From assembly GCA_963775955.1 (NCBI GenBank), contig CAVZKT010000002.1:228944-292943 (forward strand): 64,000 nucleotides of DNA. The letters run 5' to 3'. This document shows, piece after piece, positions 10,379 through 21,067 of the stretch (positions are counted from its first letter, which is position 1; each line of letters opens with the position of its first letter). The DNA is from Candidatus Moraniibacteriota bacterium. GTDB taxonomy: Bacteria > Patescibacteriota > Minisyncoccia > Moranbacterales > UBA2206. Under the pieces are notes generated by a model that saw only the letters and a program-made list of their open reading frames with translations, was not told the origin of the DNA and ran no database searches. A program made the position numbers and the translations under genes.

Positions 10379-10497
10379 ATCCAAAGCCCTAGCTGGGCTG
10401 AAAAATAAAAATATAAATAAAATAAGCAAACGACATTTCAGAAAAATGTTATTTTTTATTTAGTATTTTTTCTTAAACATAATTGGTGTGGGGATAA

Positions 10498-11580
10498 ATG
10501 AATAAAATCAGTAAATTTTTTAAAAACATCACCGGCGATTTTTTTGGCAAGTTTTCCAAAGACATCGGCATTGATTTGGGAACGGCGAATACCCTGGTCT
10601 ATGTCAAAGGCAGGGGCATTGTCATTAATGAGCCTTCAGTAGTGGCCATCAATAAAAAAACCGGCCAGGTTTTGGCGATCGGCAAAGAAGCCAAAAAAAT
10701 GGTCGGCAAAACCCCCGGGCACATCGTGGCAACCCGGCCATTAGTCAATGGAGTGGTAAGTGATTTTGAAGTCACGGAACAGATGCTTAAATATTTCATT
10801 GACAAAGTCCACCGCGACAGCTTCACCTTGTTTCCCCGCCCGCGGGTGATTATTGGCATTCCGTCTGATGTTACCGAAGTGGAAAAAAGAGCGGTCATTG
10901 ATGCGGTGATGAACGCCGGGGCGCGCGAAGCCTATCTTATTGACGAACCGATGGCGGCGGCCATTGGGGCGCGCCTGCCGGTGCAGGACGCGGCCGGAAA
11001 TATGGTGGTGGACATCGGCGGCGGAACTACGGATATCGCTGTTATTTCATTGGGGGGCGTGGTGGCTTCGAGAAATTTGCGCATTGCGGGAGATGAAATG
11101 AACGAAGATATCATCCATTATTGCCGGGATGAATTTAATCTTTTGATCGGAGAAAAAACCGCGGAAGACGTGAAAATCGCCATCGGCAGCGCGTGCCCCC
11201 AAGCAGAAAAAATGCAGATGCCGGTGCGCGGCCGGGATTTGGTGACAGGCCTTCCCAAGGAAGTTATGATTAACGACGAGCAAGTGCGCGAAGCGCTGTC
11301 CCGTTCCATCCGTATCGTCGTAAATAATATTAAAACCACTATTGAAGAAACTCCGCCGGAACTTTTGGCTGACATTATGCAGCGGGGAATTATTCTGGCT
11401 GGCGGAGGAAGCCTGATTCGCGGCCTGGACAGATTAGTTGCGAATCAAACCGAAATGCCGGTGCGTATGATGGAAGATCCGCTGACGGCGGTTGTGCGCG
11501 GAACCGGCATTGTTCTCGAAGATATTGAAGCGCTCAAAGACGTCTTAGTTGAAAACCAGCATGAAAAATCCTTAATCTAA
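10498..11580 (+). CDS. mreB: Rod shape-determining protein MreB
   Basis: Actin-fold motifs DLGTANT, VVDIGGGTTD and ILAGGGSL. Confidence 0.95.
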   Translation: MNKISKFFKNITGDFFGKFSKDIGIDLGTANTLVYVKGRGIVINEPSVVAINKKTGQVLAIGKEAKKMVGKTPGHIVATRPLVNGVVSDFEVTEQMLKYFIDKVHRDSFTLFPRPRVIIGIPSDVTEVEKRAVIDAVMNAGAREAYLIDEPMAAAIGARLPVQDAAGNMVVDIGGGTTDIAVISLGGVVASRNLRIAGDEMNEDIIHYCRDEFNLLIGEKTAEDVKIAIGSACPQAEKMQMPVRGRDLVTGLPKEVMINDEQVREALSRSIRIVVNNIKTTIEETPPELLADIMQRGIILAGGGSLIRGLDRLVANQTEMPVRMMEDPLTAVVRGTGIVLEDIEALKDVLVENQHEKSLI

Positions 11581-11590
11581 AAACTAAAAG

Positions 11591-12397
11591 ATGCCTAAAA
11601 AATATTTTACTTCCAATATAATTAAATTTTTAATAGTAGCGGCAGTAAGCCTGGCTATAATTTTTTTAAATCCCCAAAGAATTTTCAATCCGGTGCGCAG
11701 AATCCTAGTGGAGGTTGCCTATCCGTTTCAAAAAATATTTTATTTGGGAAGCCAAACAATTTCAAAATCTTTCGCAGTTTTAGGATCGATTGGCGATCTA
11801 AAAACAGAGAATGAGAATTTACTCAAGGAAAATAACACGCTGGCCTTCAAGGTGGCGGAAAGTGAAAATGAAAAAAAAGAAAATGCTATGCTTCGCGACC
11901 AGCTGAATCTGGCGCCGCGAAAGAAATTTGATTTAGTTGCCAGTTTTGTCATTGGGCAGGATCCGCAGCGGCTGGGAAGCTGGATCATGATTGATAAGGG
12001 AGAAACTTCCGGCATAAGGCCGGGAATGCCGGTAATTGCCTACGAAGGCATAATTGTTGGAAAAGTTGAGGAAGCTTATCGCAACAGCTCAAAAGTCAGC
12101 TTGCTTACCGATTCGGAAAGCGCCGCGAATGCCAATGATATGGAAACTGGAGCGCGCGGAATTTTGAAAGGGGAATATGGACTGGGAATTATTTTAGATA
12201 TGGTAACGCAGACGGAAATTTTAAACGTCGGCGATACGATTATGACCTCTGGCTTGGGAGGGGACTTGCCCAAGGGGCTTTTGATTGGGAAAATCCGTGA
12301 AATAAAAATTACCAGCGACAAGCTTTTTCAACAGGCGATTGTTTCTCCGCGCGTTAAATATACTGACCTGGAGTCAGTTTTTGTAATAAAAAAATAA
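11591..12397 (+). CDS. mreC: Rod shape-determining protein MreC
   Basis: N-terminal TM helix, a coiled coil (LKTENENLLKEN) and a C-terminal beta domain. Its position after mreB supports the call. Confidence 0.85.
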   Translation: MPKKYFTSNIIKFLIVAAVSLAIIFLNPQRIFNPVRRILVEVAYPFQKIFYLGSQTISKSFAVLGSIGDLKTENENLLKENNTLAFKVAESENEKKENAMLRDQLNLAPRKKFDLVASFVIGQDPQRLGSWIMIDKGETSGIRPGMPVIAYEGIIVGKVEEAYRNSSKVSLLTDSESAANANDMETGARGILKGEYGLGIILDMVTQTEILNVGDTIMTSGLGGDLPKGLLIGKIREIKITSDKLFQQAIVSPRVKYTDLESVFVIKK

Positions 12398-12945
12398 TGA
12401 CCCAAAAAATAGCGATTTTTCTCCTGTTGTTTCTTTTGGCTATTTTCCAGATTTCTGTTTTGCCGAATTTTTTTCCGGAAAATTCCACTCCCAATATCTT
12501 GCTGGTGCTTTTGATTTTTTGGACGGCGCGCAAAGGGATGGAAAAAACCTGGAAATTGGCAATTTTAGGAGGCCTGATAAGCGACTTATTTTTGTTTATT
12601 CCCGTGGGAGTTAATATCTTTTCTTTTTTTGTCGTAATCACCCTTATTAATTATTTGGCCAAGCGATTTTTAGTTACCCACCAGGCTTGGCGTGTTGCAA
12701 TTTTATTTGTGCTGGTCGCCCTGGGGACGCTTACAAACGAACTCGTACTGGCGCTAGTTGCAAAAACATTTTTTATTTTTCAAAAAGCGGCCATAAATAT
12801 TCCGCCGCTGATCGACTGGGCGTTGGCGTATAAAATAATCAACAGCCTTATTATTTTTATGATTCTTTACTGGCCGTTTAAAAAAATAGAAGCAGTTTTT
12901 AATTTATACGGATCGCGGACTAATTCCAAATCCAGTGTTAGGTAA
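12397..12945 (+). CDS. mreD: Rod shape-determining protein MreD
   Basis: Small polytopic membrane protein. Its start overlaps the mreC stop, in the canonical mreBCD order. Confidence 0.7.
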   Translation: MTQKIAIFLLLFLLAIFQISVLPNFFPENSTPNILLVLLIFWTARKGMEKTWKLAILGGLISDLFLFIPVGVNIFSFFVVITLINYLAKRFLVTHQAWRVAILFVLVALGTLTNELVLALVAKTFFIFQKAAINIPPLIDWALAYKIINSLIIFMILYWPFKKIEAVFNLYGSRTNSKSSVR

Positions 12946-14819
12946 TATTTTTCAAAGAAAAAAAACTTTAAGGGGAGCTGAAATAGAGGATTCCATAATG
13001 ACTATCACTCAAGAGGAAAAAGCTCTTATTGAAACTCCCTACCGCAGAAAAGGGCTTGGCGGGCTCTGGTTTTTTATGGCGGCAGTCTTTGTTGTTTTGG
13101 CTTTCCGCGTATTTTATCTGGATGTCATCAAGGGAGAACATTATGCGGAACTGTCCCGGGGCAATCGTATCCGTTCGCTTGTCATCAAGGCTCCGCGCGG
13201 CAAAATTTTAGATAAATTCGGCAATGCCCTGGTATCAAATATTCCCAGTACTGATGTAATTATTATTCCCTCCGATCTTCCTGAAGAATACGAAAAACGC
13301 AAGCTTCTGGCGCAAACGCTATCCGGCGTTTTGCATATGGAGGAGGGGGATATTGAAACAGCCATTGAAAGCCAGAATCGAAAATTATTGGACCCGGTTT
13401 TACTTAAAGAAAATATTTCCCAGGATGAAGCCCTTATTTTAGCGGAAAAAGCCAAAAATCTTCCCGGAATTTCAGTGGAAAACACTGCCATCCGCAAATA
13501 TGAGAATAGCGTCATATTTTCCCCAATCATCGGCTATGACGGAAAAATTACCCGCGAGGAAATAACAAAAAATCCAGGCTACTCAATGACAGACTATATC
13601 GGTAAAACCGGGTTGGAAAAATATCATGAAGAAGAACTTAAGGGAAAAAATGGCGCCAGTCAAGTTGAGGTTGATTCGCTGGGTAATATTAAAAAAAACT
13701 TGGGAAGCATAAGCCCGCAGGCCGGGGATGATTTAATCCTGAATATCGACGAAGGATTGCAAAAAAAACTGTATGACAGCATGGCGGGCATTTTAGAACA
13801 AACTGGGACTAAAACAGCGGCGGCCGTAGCGATTGATCCGCGAAACGGCGGAGTATTGGCGATGGCCAGCTTGCCGAGTTATGACAATAATTTATTTGCC
13901 CAGGGAATTTCCAACGCGGATTACCAAAAAATTGTAAATGACAAAAACCTCCCGCTTTTTAACCGCGTTATTGCGGGCGAATATCCGCCTGGTTCAACTT
14001 TTAAGCTGGCAGTGGCGGCGGCCGCGCTTACTGAAGGCACGATAACTCCAGACACGAAAGTAAATGACAGCAGTGGAGCTATTAATATCGGTTCCTGGCG
14101 GTTTGGCGACTGGAAAACTCATGGTGTGGTGGATGTGCGAAAGGCGATTGCTGAAAGCTGTGATGTATTTTTTTACAGCGTCGGCGGAGGCTACGGAAAT
14201 ATTCCAGGGATTAGGAATGGATAGAATGAAAAAATATGCAAATCTTTTTGGGTTGGGCAGCCCGACCGGCATAGATCTTCCGGGAGAATCAAGCGGATTT
14301 ATTCCCAGCGAACAATGGAAGCTCGATAAGCTGGGAGAAAAATGGTATATCGGCGATTCCTATCACTGCGCCATCGGCCAGGGCTTTATCACGGTTACTC
14401 CCTTGCAGCTGGTAAATTATATCGCTTCCATTGCCAACGGCGGGATTTTATACGAACCGCATGTTGTCAGTCAAATCAAAAGAAGCGACGGCAGTTTGGA
14501 AACTATAAGTCCAAAAATAATCCGCCAGAATTTTATTTCCAAGAGCGTTATAAATGTTGTGCGCGAAGGCATGCGCCGGACAGTTACCGATGGAACGGCG
14601 CAGACGCTCAAAGATTTGCCGGTAGCAGTGGCGGGAAAAACCGGAACGGCTGAGTTTGGAGGAGAAGGAAAAACCCATGGCTGGTTTGTTTCTTTTGCGC
14701 CCTATGATAATCCGGAAATTGCCATAGCGGTCCTGGTGGAGGGCGGAGGCGAAGGGCACTCAACCGCCGTGCCGATTACGAAAGATGTTTTAAGCTGGTA
14801 TTTTTCTCAACGTAAATAG
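12935..14819 (+). CDS. mrdA: Penicillin-binding protein 2 (elongasome transpeptidase), frame broken near 14204
   Basis: Track ORFs 12935-14224 and 14064-14819 are the N- and C-terminal parts of one PBP2 (STFK active site as PGSTFKLAVA, SCDVFFY, KTGTAE). Dropping one G in CCAGGGATT restores ...GNIPGLGMDRMKKYANLFGLG. Confidence 0.85.
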
Positions 14820-14934
14820 AGTATTTTCTTACTGTTGACAGTTTTTAGCTACCTGATACAATGGGGCTTGTGACTAACTTCTTATAAACATATCACAACT
14901 TTTTGGGGTGATATTTTGTATTATCAGAAAAATT

Positions 14935-15390
14935 ATGCCAAAATTTATAACCGAAGAAGGGCTTAAAAAAATCAAGGACGAATTGGAAAATAGAAAAACT
15001 GCGGAAAGGCAGCGCATCGCCGACGCGATCAAAGAAGCTAAGGAGCAGGGCGATTTGAGCGAAAACGCGGAATACAGCGAAGCCAAGAGGCAGCAGGCGG
15101 AAAACGAAGCCCGTATCGCGGAATTGGAATTTCTACTCAAGGAATCAACCGTAGTTGCTTTCAATAAATCTTCCGAAACGGTGCAAATGGGTTCCAAAGT
15201 CAAGGTGAAATTCAACGGAGCGAAAATGGAATTCCAGATTGTCGGCTCCAACGAAGCCAATCCAAGCGAAATGAAGATTTCCAACGAATCGCCGATGGGC
15301 AAGGGCTTTATGGGCAAGCGCAAAGACGATACGGTGGAAATTGACACTCCCGGCGGGAGGATGAAGTATAAGATTTTAGATGTGAAATAA
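14935..15390 (+). CDS. greA: Transcription elongation factor GreA
   Basis: MPKFITEEGLKKIKDELE..., then an N-terminal coiled coil with DLSENAEY and a C-terminal FKBP-like domain. ATG 14935 is preferred over the track start. Confidence 0.9.
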   Translation: MPKFITEEGLKKIKDELENRKTAERQRIADAIKEAKEQGDLSENAEYSEAKRQQAENEARIAELEFLLKESTVVAFNKSSETVQMGSKVKVKFNGAKMEFQIVGSNEANPSEMKISNESPMGKGFMGKRKDDTVEIDTPGGRMKYKILDVK

Positions 15391-15475
15391 TACTAACTTT
15401 CCTTTCTAGAAAAGAAAGTTACAAAGAAAAGTCCGAGCAGGCTCATAAATTGGCAAATTCACGATTTAGTTTGCT

Positions 15476-15515
15476 AAAAGTTCCGGTTGCCCCGAGGCGG
15501 ACCTGGAACTTTTTT
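15476..15515 (+). terminator. Rho-independent terminator after greA
   Basis: AAAAGTTCC ... GGAACTTTT stem with a GC-rich inner stem, followed by a T-run. Confidence 0.6.
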
Positions 15516-15573
15516 AACGCAAACTTCACCGGAATTTGTAGCAATTTATTTCGCAATGCTCGTTTTTATATTT

Positions 15574-15602
15574 TTGCAAGTTTTGCTTAAATGAGGTAAT
15601 AT
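15574..15602 (+). promoter_or_regulatory. Promoter upstream of lysS
   Basis: TTGCAA, a 17-nt spacer, then TAATAT. Confidence 0.5.
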
Positions 15603-15633
15603 TAAGGTGCTAAAAATAAACTAAATTATCCAA

Positions 15634-17083
15634 ATGAGAGAGGATATTTTAAAAACTAAACTGGAAAAATTGGAAAATATAAAAAAAGCCGGGCTGGATC
15701 CGTATCCGGAAAAAACAGAACGGTCTTTTACTAATGCAGAGGCCCTAGAGCAGTTTAATAAACTTACTGCGAAAGAAATTGCGCTGGTCGGGCGGGTAAA
15801 ATCATTCCGGCCGATGGGCAATGCTGCTTTCGCTCATATAGAAGACGGCACTGGGAAAATCCAAATTTTTTTGGGCAAAAAAAACATGCCCGAAACTGAA
15901 TATAAATTATTTGTTAAAAATGTTGAAGTTGGCGATTTTGTGGAGGCCCGCGGAAAACTTTTCAAGACCAAACAGGATGAAAAAACTCTGGAAGTATCCG
16001 GCTGGAAAATGCTGTCCAAAAACATCCGGCCGATTCCAACCGAATATTTCGGTCTCAAGGATACTGAAGAACTTTTGCGCAAGCGCTATCTGGATTTGAT
16101 GATGAATAAAGAGACGCGCGAAATTTTTAGAAAGAAAAATGTTTTCTGGCAGACTGTTCGTAATTTTCTCGCAGAAGAGGGATTTTTGGAAGTCCAGACT
16201 CCGGTCCTGGAGCATATTCCGGGCGGAGCGGAAGCAGAACCTTTTGTAACGCACCATAATGCGCTGGATCAGGACTTTTATATGCGCATTTCGTTGGAGT
16301 TACCGCTTAAAAGGCTATTGGTCGGCGGTTATGAAAAAGTTTTTGAAATCGGGAGGTTATTTCGCAATGAAGGCATGGATCGCGAACACCTGCAGGAATA
16401 TGACGATGTGGAATTTTATGCGGCTTACTGGGATATGCAAAAAGGCATGGAATTTTCCGAGCAAATGTTTAAAAAAATTGTAAAGCAAGTACTTGGAAAC
16501 GAAGTTTCCAAGTATGAAGACAACGAAATTGATTGGAGCAAAAAATTTCCGATCGTTGATTATTTTACGGAATTTAAAAAAGCAACCGGATTGGATTTGG
16601 AATAAAGATATTTCTGTGGAGGAATTGAAGAAAAAAGCCGATAAGCTTGGAATTAAATACGAAAAGTCCTATGGTAAAGGCAGGATGATTGACGCGCTTT
16701 ATAAAAAAACCGTGCGTCAGAAGATTATCCAGCCCTGCTTTTTAGTCGGGCATCCGATTGAGGTTTCGCCCCTGGCTAAGAAAGATCCTAAAAATCCGAA
16801 AAAAGTTTTGCGTTTTCAAATTGTGGCGGGAGGAAGCGAGCTTTGCAACGCTTTCGCGGAACTCAATGATCCCGTTGATCAGAAAAACAGATTTTTAGAG
16901 CAGATGAAAATGCGCGAGGCGGGCGATACGGAAGCGCAAAGGATGGATGAGGATTTTGTGGAAGCTTTGGAATACGGCCTGCCGCCGGCCTTCGGTTTCG
17001 GCATGAGCGAACGCTTTTTCGCCTTGCTGATGAACAAATCCGTCCGCGAAACCGTGATTTTTCCGACGGTGAGGACAAAATAG
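15634..17083 (+). CDS. lysS: Lysine--tRNA ligase (class II), frame broken near 16598
   Basis: Track ORFs 15634-16605 and 16493-17083 together form a complete LysRS: an OB-fold N-domain, motif 2 (FRNEG) and motif 3 (GFGMSERF). Removing one G in TTGGAATAAAG gives ...TGLDLNKDISVEEL. Confidence 0.85.
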
Positions 17084-17114
17084 TTTTTATGAATAAAAAA
17101 TTTTAGGCGATCTC

Positions 17115-17570
17115 ATGAAAAATATACGAATTGTTAAAATGAAAAAAGAAGACCTGCGTCCTCTCTATAAATTTGGAATGGAATATTGGGATGGATTGCC
17201 TTATGAAGATTGGCTAACAATGGAATATATGAGAGTTTCTTTTAATCAGCCGGGACTTAACTTTACGGCGAAGGATGGCAAGAAGGTTGTTGGCGGCATT
17301 ATTGTTGCGATAGATGAGGTTGTTCCCAATTGGATACGTTATCTTGTTGTTAAAAAAGAATATGCGCGGAAAGGAGTCGGGATAATGCTCATAGAAAAAG
17401 TTTGCTCCAGCCTAAGAAAAGGCGACAGTATTTTCGTGGATACTGGCTTTACGGATAAAAGTGCTTTGAATTTTTACAAAAAAGTCGGTTTTAAAAATCG
17501 AGGAAAAATTAACAGTTTTTATGGGAATCATCCGGGATCTCCAGGTTATATTTTAGAGAAAAACGTATGA
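17115..17570 (+). CDS. GNAT family N-acetyltransferase
   Basis: RKGVGIMLIEK acetyl-CoA-binding motif (Q/RxxGxG/A) and ALNFYKKVGF. Confidence 0.75.
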   Translation: MKNIRIVKMKKEDLRPLYKFGMEYWDGLPYEDWLTMEYMRVSFNQPGLNFTAKDGKKVVGGIIVAIDEVVPNWIRYLVVKKEYARKGVGIMLIEKVCSSLRKGDSIFVDTGFTDKSALNFYKKVGFKNRGKINSFYGNHPGSPGYILEKNV

Positions 17571-18478
17571 GTTGGTTTTTTATTGCGCTGTTAGCACCGG
17601 CCTGTTATGCGGCAACGAATTATATCGACAAGTATTTAATTTCAAAATACTTCAATAATCGCGGAACTGGAGCGGTAATGATTTTTTCTACGCTGGCCGG
17701 GTTAATAACCCTACCTTTTATTTTATTGTTTCAGCCGGATGCGATTTTTTTATCATTTAATCAAGCCATATTAGTATTGCTAAGTGGTTTTATTCAGGCC
17801 TTTGCGCTCCTTCCTTATTTTTATGCGTTAAAAGAAGACGAGACTTCTGCTATCGTACCAATTTATCAAAGTATTCCTGTTTTTAGTTATCTATTGGGAT
17901 ATTTTTTATTAAATGAAATTTTAGCATCAAAACAAGTATTGGGGATGATTTTGATTATTGCGGGTTCAATGGGGATCTCTCTTGAATTAATCGGTAAAAA
18001 AATTCGCTTCAAGGCAAAGCCCTTCTTTTATATGATTTTTTCGTCTGTTTTAATAGCTGTCAGCAGCCTGATTTTTAAATATGTTTCAAATAGCGAAGGA
18101 TTCGGCAAATCTATTTTTTGGTTTTTTATTGGCGCAATTATTTTTTCCTTTACTCTTCTGATTTTCATAAGGTCTTACAGAGAGCAATTTTTTGATGTTT
18201 TTAGAAAGAACGGAATGTTTGTTGTAAAGCTTAATTTGATTAACGAATTTTTTGAAAAAGTAGCCGAGTTTAGCATGAATTACGCAATCGTTTTAGTCCC
18301 GGTGGCTTTAGCCTGGACAGTTAATGGTTTTCAGCCATTTTTTATTTTCTTCTACGGAATAATCCTGTCAATATTCTTTCCGCATATCATCAAAGAAAAT
18401 TTAGCCGCCAGACATTTGATAAAAAAACTGGTATTGATTATTATAATATTTATTGGAGGTTATATGTTAGTAAGATAA
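17567..18478 (+). CDS. EamA/DMT-family transporter
   Basis: About ten TM helices in two repeated halves. Four-base start/stop overlap with the upstream GNAT. Confidence 0.7.
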   Translation: MSWFFIALLAPACYAATNYIDKYLISKYFNNRGTGAVMIFSTLAGLITLPFILLFQPDAIFLSFNQAILVLLSGFIQAFALLPYFYALKEDETSAIVPIYQSIPVFSYLLGYFLLNEILASKQVLGMILIIAGSMGISLELIGKKIRFKAKPFFYMIFSSVLIAVSSLIFKYVSNSEGFGKSIFWFFIGAIIFSFTLLIFIRSYREQFFDVFRKNGMFVVKLNLINEFFEKVAEFSMNYAIVLVPVALAWTVNGFQPFFIFFYGIILSIFFPHIIKENLAARHLIKKLVLIIIIFIGGYMLVR

Positions 18479-18481
18479 TTT

Positions 18482-18853
18482 ATGGGCATCCAAGTTGAAT
18501 TTAATCCGGATTTGGCGTTGCGGGATATTTCTGAATATAAAGCCGGAAAAAGAAAAAAAGAAGAATGCGTTCCCAGTCCTTTAAAGAAAGGTAAAGTTTA
18601 TAGTTTTCTGAAAAAGGGTCAAAGACTTTATTATTTGAGCGATAACAGGTTTTGGGGCAAGGGACAAATCCCTCTCATGCGAACTTCCGGCGGTGAAAAA
18701 TTATCTCGCCCGCTGGCTAGCGTCAAGATTTTAGAAGCGACTCACTTTCTTAAAAAAGGCGAAGTTTATACGAAAGGAAAATATAAAGTTATAGAAGTGT
18801 TCGACGAAAATGATCCAAAGATTCACTTTGAAGCGTGTAAAATAATAAAATGA
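18482..18853 (+). CDS. Hypothetical protein
   Basis: 123-aa ORF tightly packed between neighbouring genes. No family recognised. Confidence 0.5.
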   Translation: MGIQVEFNPDLALRDISEYKAGKRKKEECVPSPLKKGKVYSFLKKGQRLYYLSDNRFWGKGQIPLMRTSGGEKLSRPLASVKILEATHFLKKGEVYTKGKYKVIEVFDENDPKIHFEACKIIK

Positions 18854-19433
18854 AAATTATTTTAGCCACAACTTCTCCGTATCGACAGGAAGCGTTTGGG
18901 ATGCTGGATATTGATTTTGAAGCGGCGGGAAGTAATATTGACGAAACTTTTGACGGACGGCCGGATAATCCGGAGGAGTTAGTCTTGGAATTAGCGAGAA
19001 AAAAAGCAGAATCTGCCGCCGCAAATTATAAAGAAGGCATGGTTATCGGTTTTGATTCCGTGGGCTGGTTTGAGGGTGAAATTTTGGAAAAGCCAAAAGA
19101 CAGAGAGGAAGCTTTTCAAAGGCTCAAAAAATTATCAGGAAATATCCACAAATTCTATACGGGCATTCATTTGATAAATATTTCTGAAAATAAAACTCTT
19201 TCCAGTGTGGCGGAAACAGAAATAAAATTACGCGAATTATCGGACGCGGAGATTAATAAATATCTTGATCAGGATCCTAATTTTATGACCTATGCGATTG
19301 GGTTTGATCCATTATGCCACTTACAGTTCCTCATTCACTAAGAAGCATCAAAGGAAGTTACAATAATTATTTGCGCGGCATACCACTGGAAACAATCGTC
19401 GAATTGCTAAAAGAAATCGGATACAAATTATGA
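18850..19433 (+). CDS. maf: Maf-like nucleoside triphosphate pyrophosphatase, two frame breaks in the last ~120 nt
   Basis: Track ORF 18850-19341 has the Maf N-terminus (ILATTSPYRQE). The conserved C-terminus (SIKGSYNNYLRGIPLETIVELLKEIGYKL, stop 19431-19433) is in another frame and is reached via two +1 shifts near 19312-19318 and 19340-19344. Confidence 0.75.
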
Positions 19434-19621
19434 AAATAGCGAAGAAAATTTTTGATGCGGAAATCGCAATATGCCGGAAGCTTCATAAAAAATCTAAAGG
19501 TTGTCGGTGGGGGAAATGCCAAGATTGCGGCGTGATTCCCTTGCTCTATAAACTTCACAAGGGGCTTTTAATTGAAAAAAAGAAAGACATTTCAAAATTA
19601 AAAAAATCTATCCTAAGCTAA
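19430..19621 (+). CDS. Small Cys-containing hypothetical protein
   Basis: The start ATG overlaps the maf stop (ATGA). Contains CRWGKCQDCG. Confidence 0.5.
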   Translation: MKIAKKIFDAEIAICRKLHKKSKGCRWGKCQDCGVIPLLYKLHKGLLIEKKKDISKLKKSILS

Positions 19622-19658
19622 CTAGGTCAAAAATTAACATATAATCCAACTTAATCAA

Positions 19659-19696
19659 CCTGATTTCCTTATATCCACATGTCCACATAAGGAAAT
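19659..19696. repeat. Hairpin repeat copy 1 (CCTGATTTCCTTAT...GTCCACATAAGGAAAT)
   Basis: ATTTCCTTAT and ATAAGGAAAT are exact reverse complements. Shares about 30 nt with the copy at 20157-20186 and carries an extra ATCCACAT. Confidence 0.8.
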
Positions 19697-19729
19697 GCAA
19701 AAAAAACAAAACTAAATTAATTTACATTT

Positions 19730-19991
19730 ATGCCTAAAGTTAAAGTTTATTCAATTGATCCAAGAGAAAAATATAAAATTACAGGGAGAATTATTTGAAA
19801 TCATTGCTAATTTACGAACCAAAAAAGAAGTCATCGAATTTCTAATTGGCCTGCTTACTCCCAGTGAAATGCTGATGGTCGCAAGACGATTGCAAATTGC
19901 TAAATTGCTGCTAGAGGGCGAAAATGATTTTGAGTTTATTCGCAGAAGAATGAAAGCCAGCAATCAAACAATAGTAAAAGTAGAGCATTAG
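19730..19991 (+). CDS. TrpR-like YerC/YecD-family protein, frame broken at 19784-19786
   Basis: LLTPSEMLMVARRLQIAKLLLEG is the family signature. ATG 19730 gives MPKVKVYSIDPREKYKIT, which joins ELFEIIANL if GGG is read as GG. Confidence 0.7.
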
Positions 19992-20156
19992 CTAAGAGAC
20001 GATGAAAATAAAAACGCGTTTATTGTCAGGAAAATTAAAGAAATCAAAAGAAGGTCGAATTATAGCGGTGGAACGGGAAGCTTATTAGATAAATATGCAC
20101 AGCATAAAGTTTTAAGAGATTTATTTTAAAAACATAAATTTAGGGCGTAGTGTTTA

Positions 20157-20186
20157 CCTGATTTCCTTATGTCCACATAAAGAAAT
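20157..20186. repeat. Hairpin repeat copy 2
   Basis: CCTGATTTCCTTATGTCCACATAAAGAAAT, a direct repeat of 19659-19696 with one arm mismatch. Confidence 0.8.
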
Positions 20187-20265
20187 ACATAAGTAAATAT
20201 ATTTCATGTTCTATATTCACGAAAGATGTATGATGGTATAATATTTTCGTAAGTTACAAATTATT

Positions 20266-21063
20266 ATGGAAAAGTTTATAAAAATCCAAGACAAAAATTT
20301 ATTTCTTCTGAATGGTGATCTTTTGGGACTTGCGGAGGTGCAACTTTGGATCGGCCGGCCGGACGGACCGGCAGATGATGACGACGTAAAAGTTGCCGCC
20401 AGGAGAAACGAAGACAGAAAAACTAATGCTCTCTTGGGAACTGAAGCTATGGATTTGAAGGTTAGCGAAAATTTTCCCGGCTGGTTTGAGGTAGATACGA
20501 ACAATTGGCCGGTTGGAATTTATCGCTTCAATATCCACAGCCGGGCAAATATTCCGGCGCCCAACGGGACAAAACTTCAAAATTTACGGGATCTGCAATA
20601 TTCCTGGCCGAAATTTTCAGATGATGACCTATTGAATTTGCCGGAAAACCAGAAAGAATTTTTATATCTGGAAAAAAACAAACGCGGCTTTTGCATGCGC
20701 ATTGAAAAAAAATCAGATGGCGAAATCAAACCGGCCGGCGATGGAAAAGATTGGATTTCCAACTGGCCGGAAATTAAAAAAGAAACTAAAAAACATATGC
20801 AGGAAAAAATAATCAAAACAAAAAATCCTAAAGGCATCATTGGCATTATTTCACTTCTAATTGTTGTGGTTTTGGCGGCGCTGTGGATGGCCTATCTTAT
20901 GCGCCATAACTGGTTCAATGTGCCGAATATCACAGAAAATCCAGGTTCTACGGGAAATCCAAGTGTGCAAAAGGACGTTCCCGCGCAGCTGGATGACTTG
21001 AGAAATCAGATGAAAACTATCACCGACAAAAAAGATAAAGAAATAAATGACGCGCTAAAATAA
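20266..21063 (+). CDS. Hypothetical protein with a C-terminal-proximal TM helix
   Basis: 265-aa ORF preceded by an extended -10 (TGGTATAAT). One hydrophobic helix (IIGIISLLIVVVLAALWMAYL). Confidence 0.55.
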   Translation: MEKFIKIQDKNLFLLNGDLLGLAEVQLWIGRPDGPADDDDVKVAARRNEDRKTNALLGTEAMDLKVSENFPGWFEVDTNNWPVGIYRFNIHSRANIPAPNGTKLQNLRDLQYSWPKFSDDDLLNLPENQKEFLYLEKNKRGFCMRIEKKSDGEIKPAGDGKDWISNWPEIKKETKKHMQEKIIKTKNPKGIIGIISLLIVVVLAALWMAYLMRHNWFNVPNITENPGSTGNPSVQKDVPAQLDDLRNQMKTITDKKDKEINDALK

Positions 21064-21067
21064 AAAA

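Noticed and set aside
15425-15445. AGAAAAGTCCGAGCAGGCTC in the greA-lysS spacer resembles the RNase P CR-I motif (GGAAAGTCCGGGCTC). A T-box upstream of lysS was also considered.
   Set aside because: The spacer is only ~240 nt and lacks every other RNase P conserved region. No GGUGGNACC T-box sequence or antiterminator/terminator pair is present.
19659-20186. Integron attC sites or CRISPR repeats as an explanation for the hairpin direct repeats (also 28520/29325 and 51105/52971).
   Set aside because: There is no integrase, no GTTRRRY/RYYYAAC core sites, only two copies each, repeat lengths and spacers are unlike CRISPR, and no cas genes are present.
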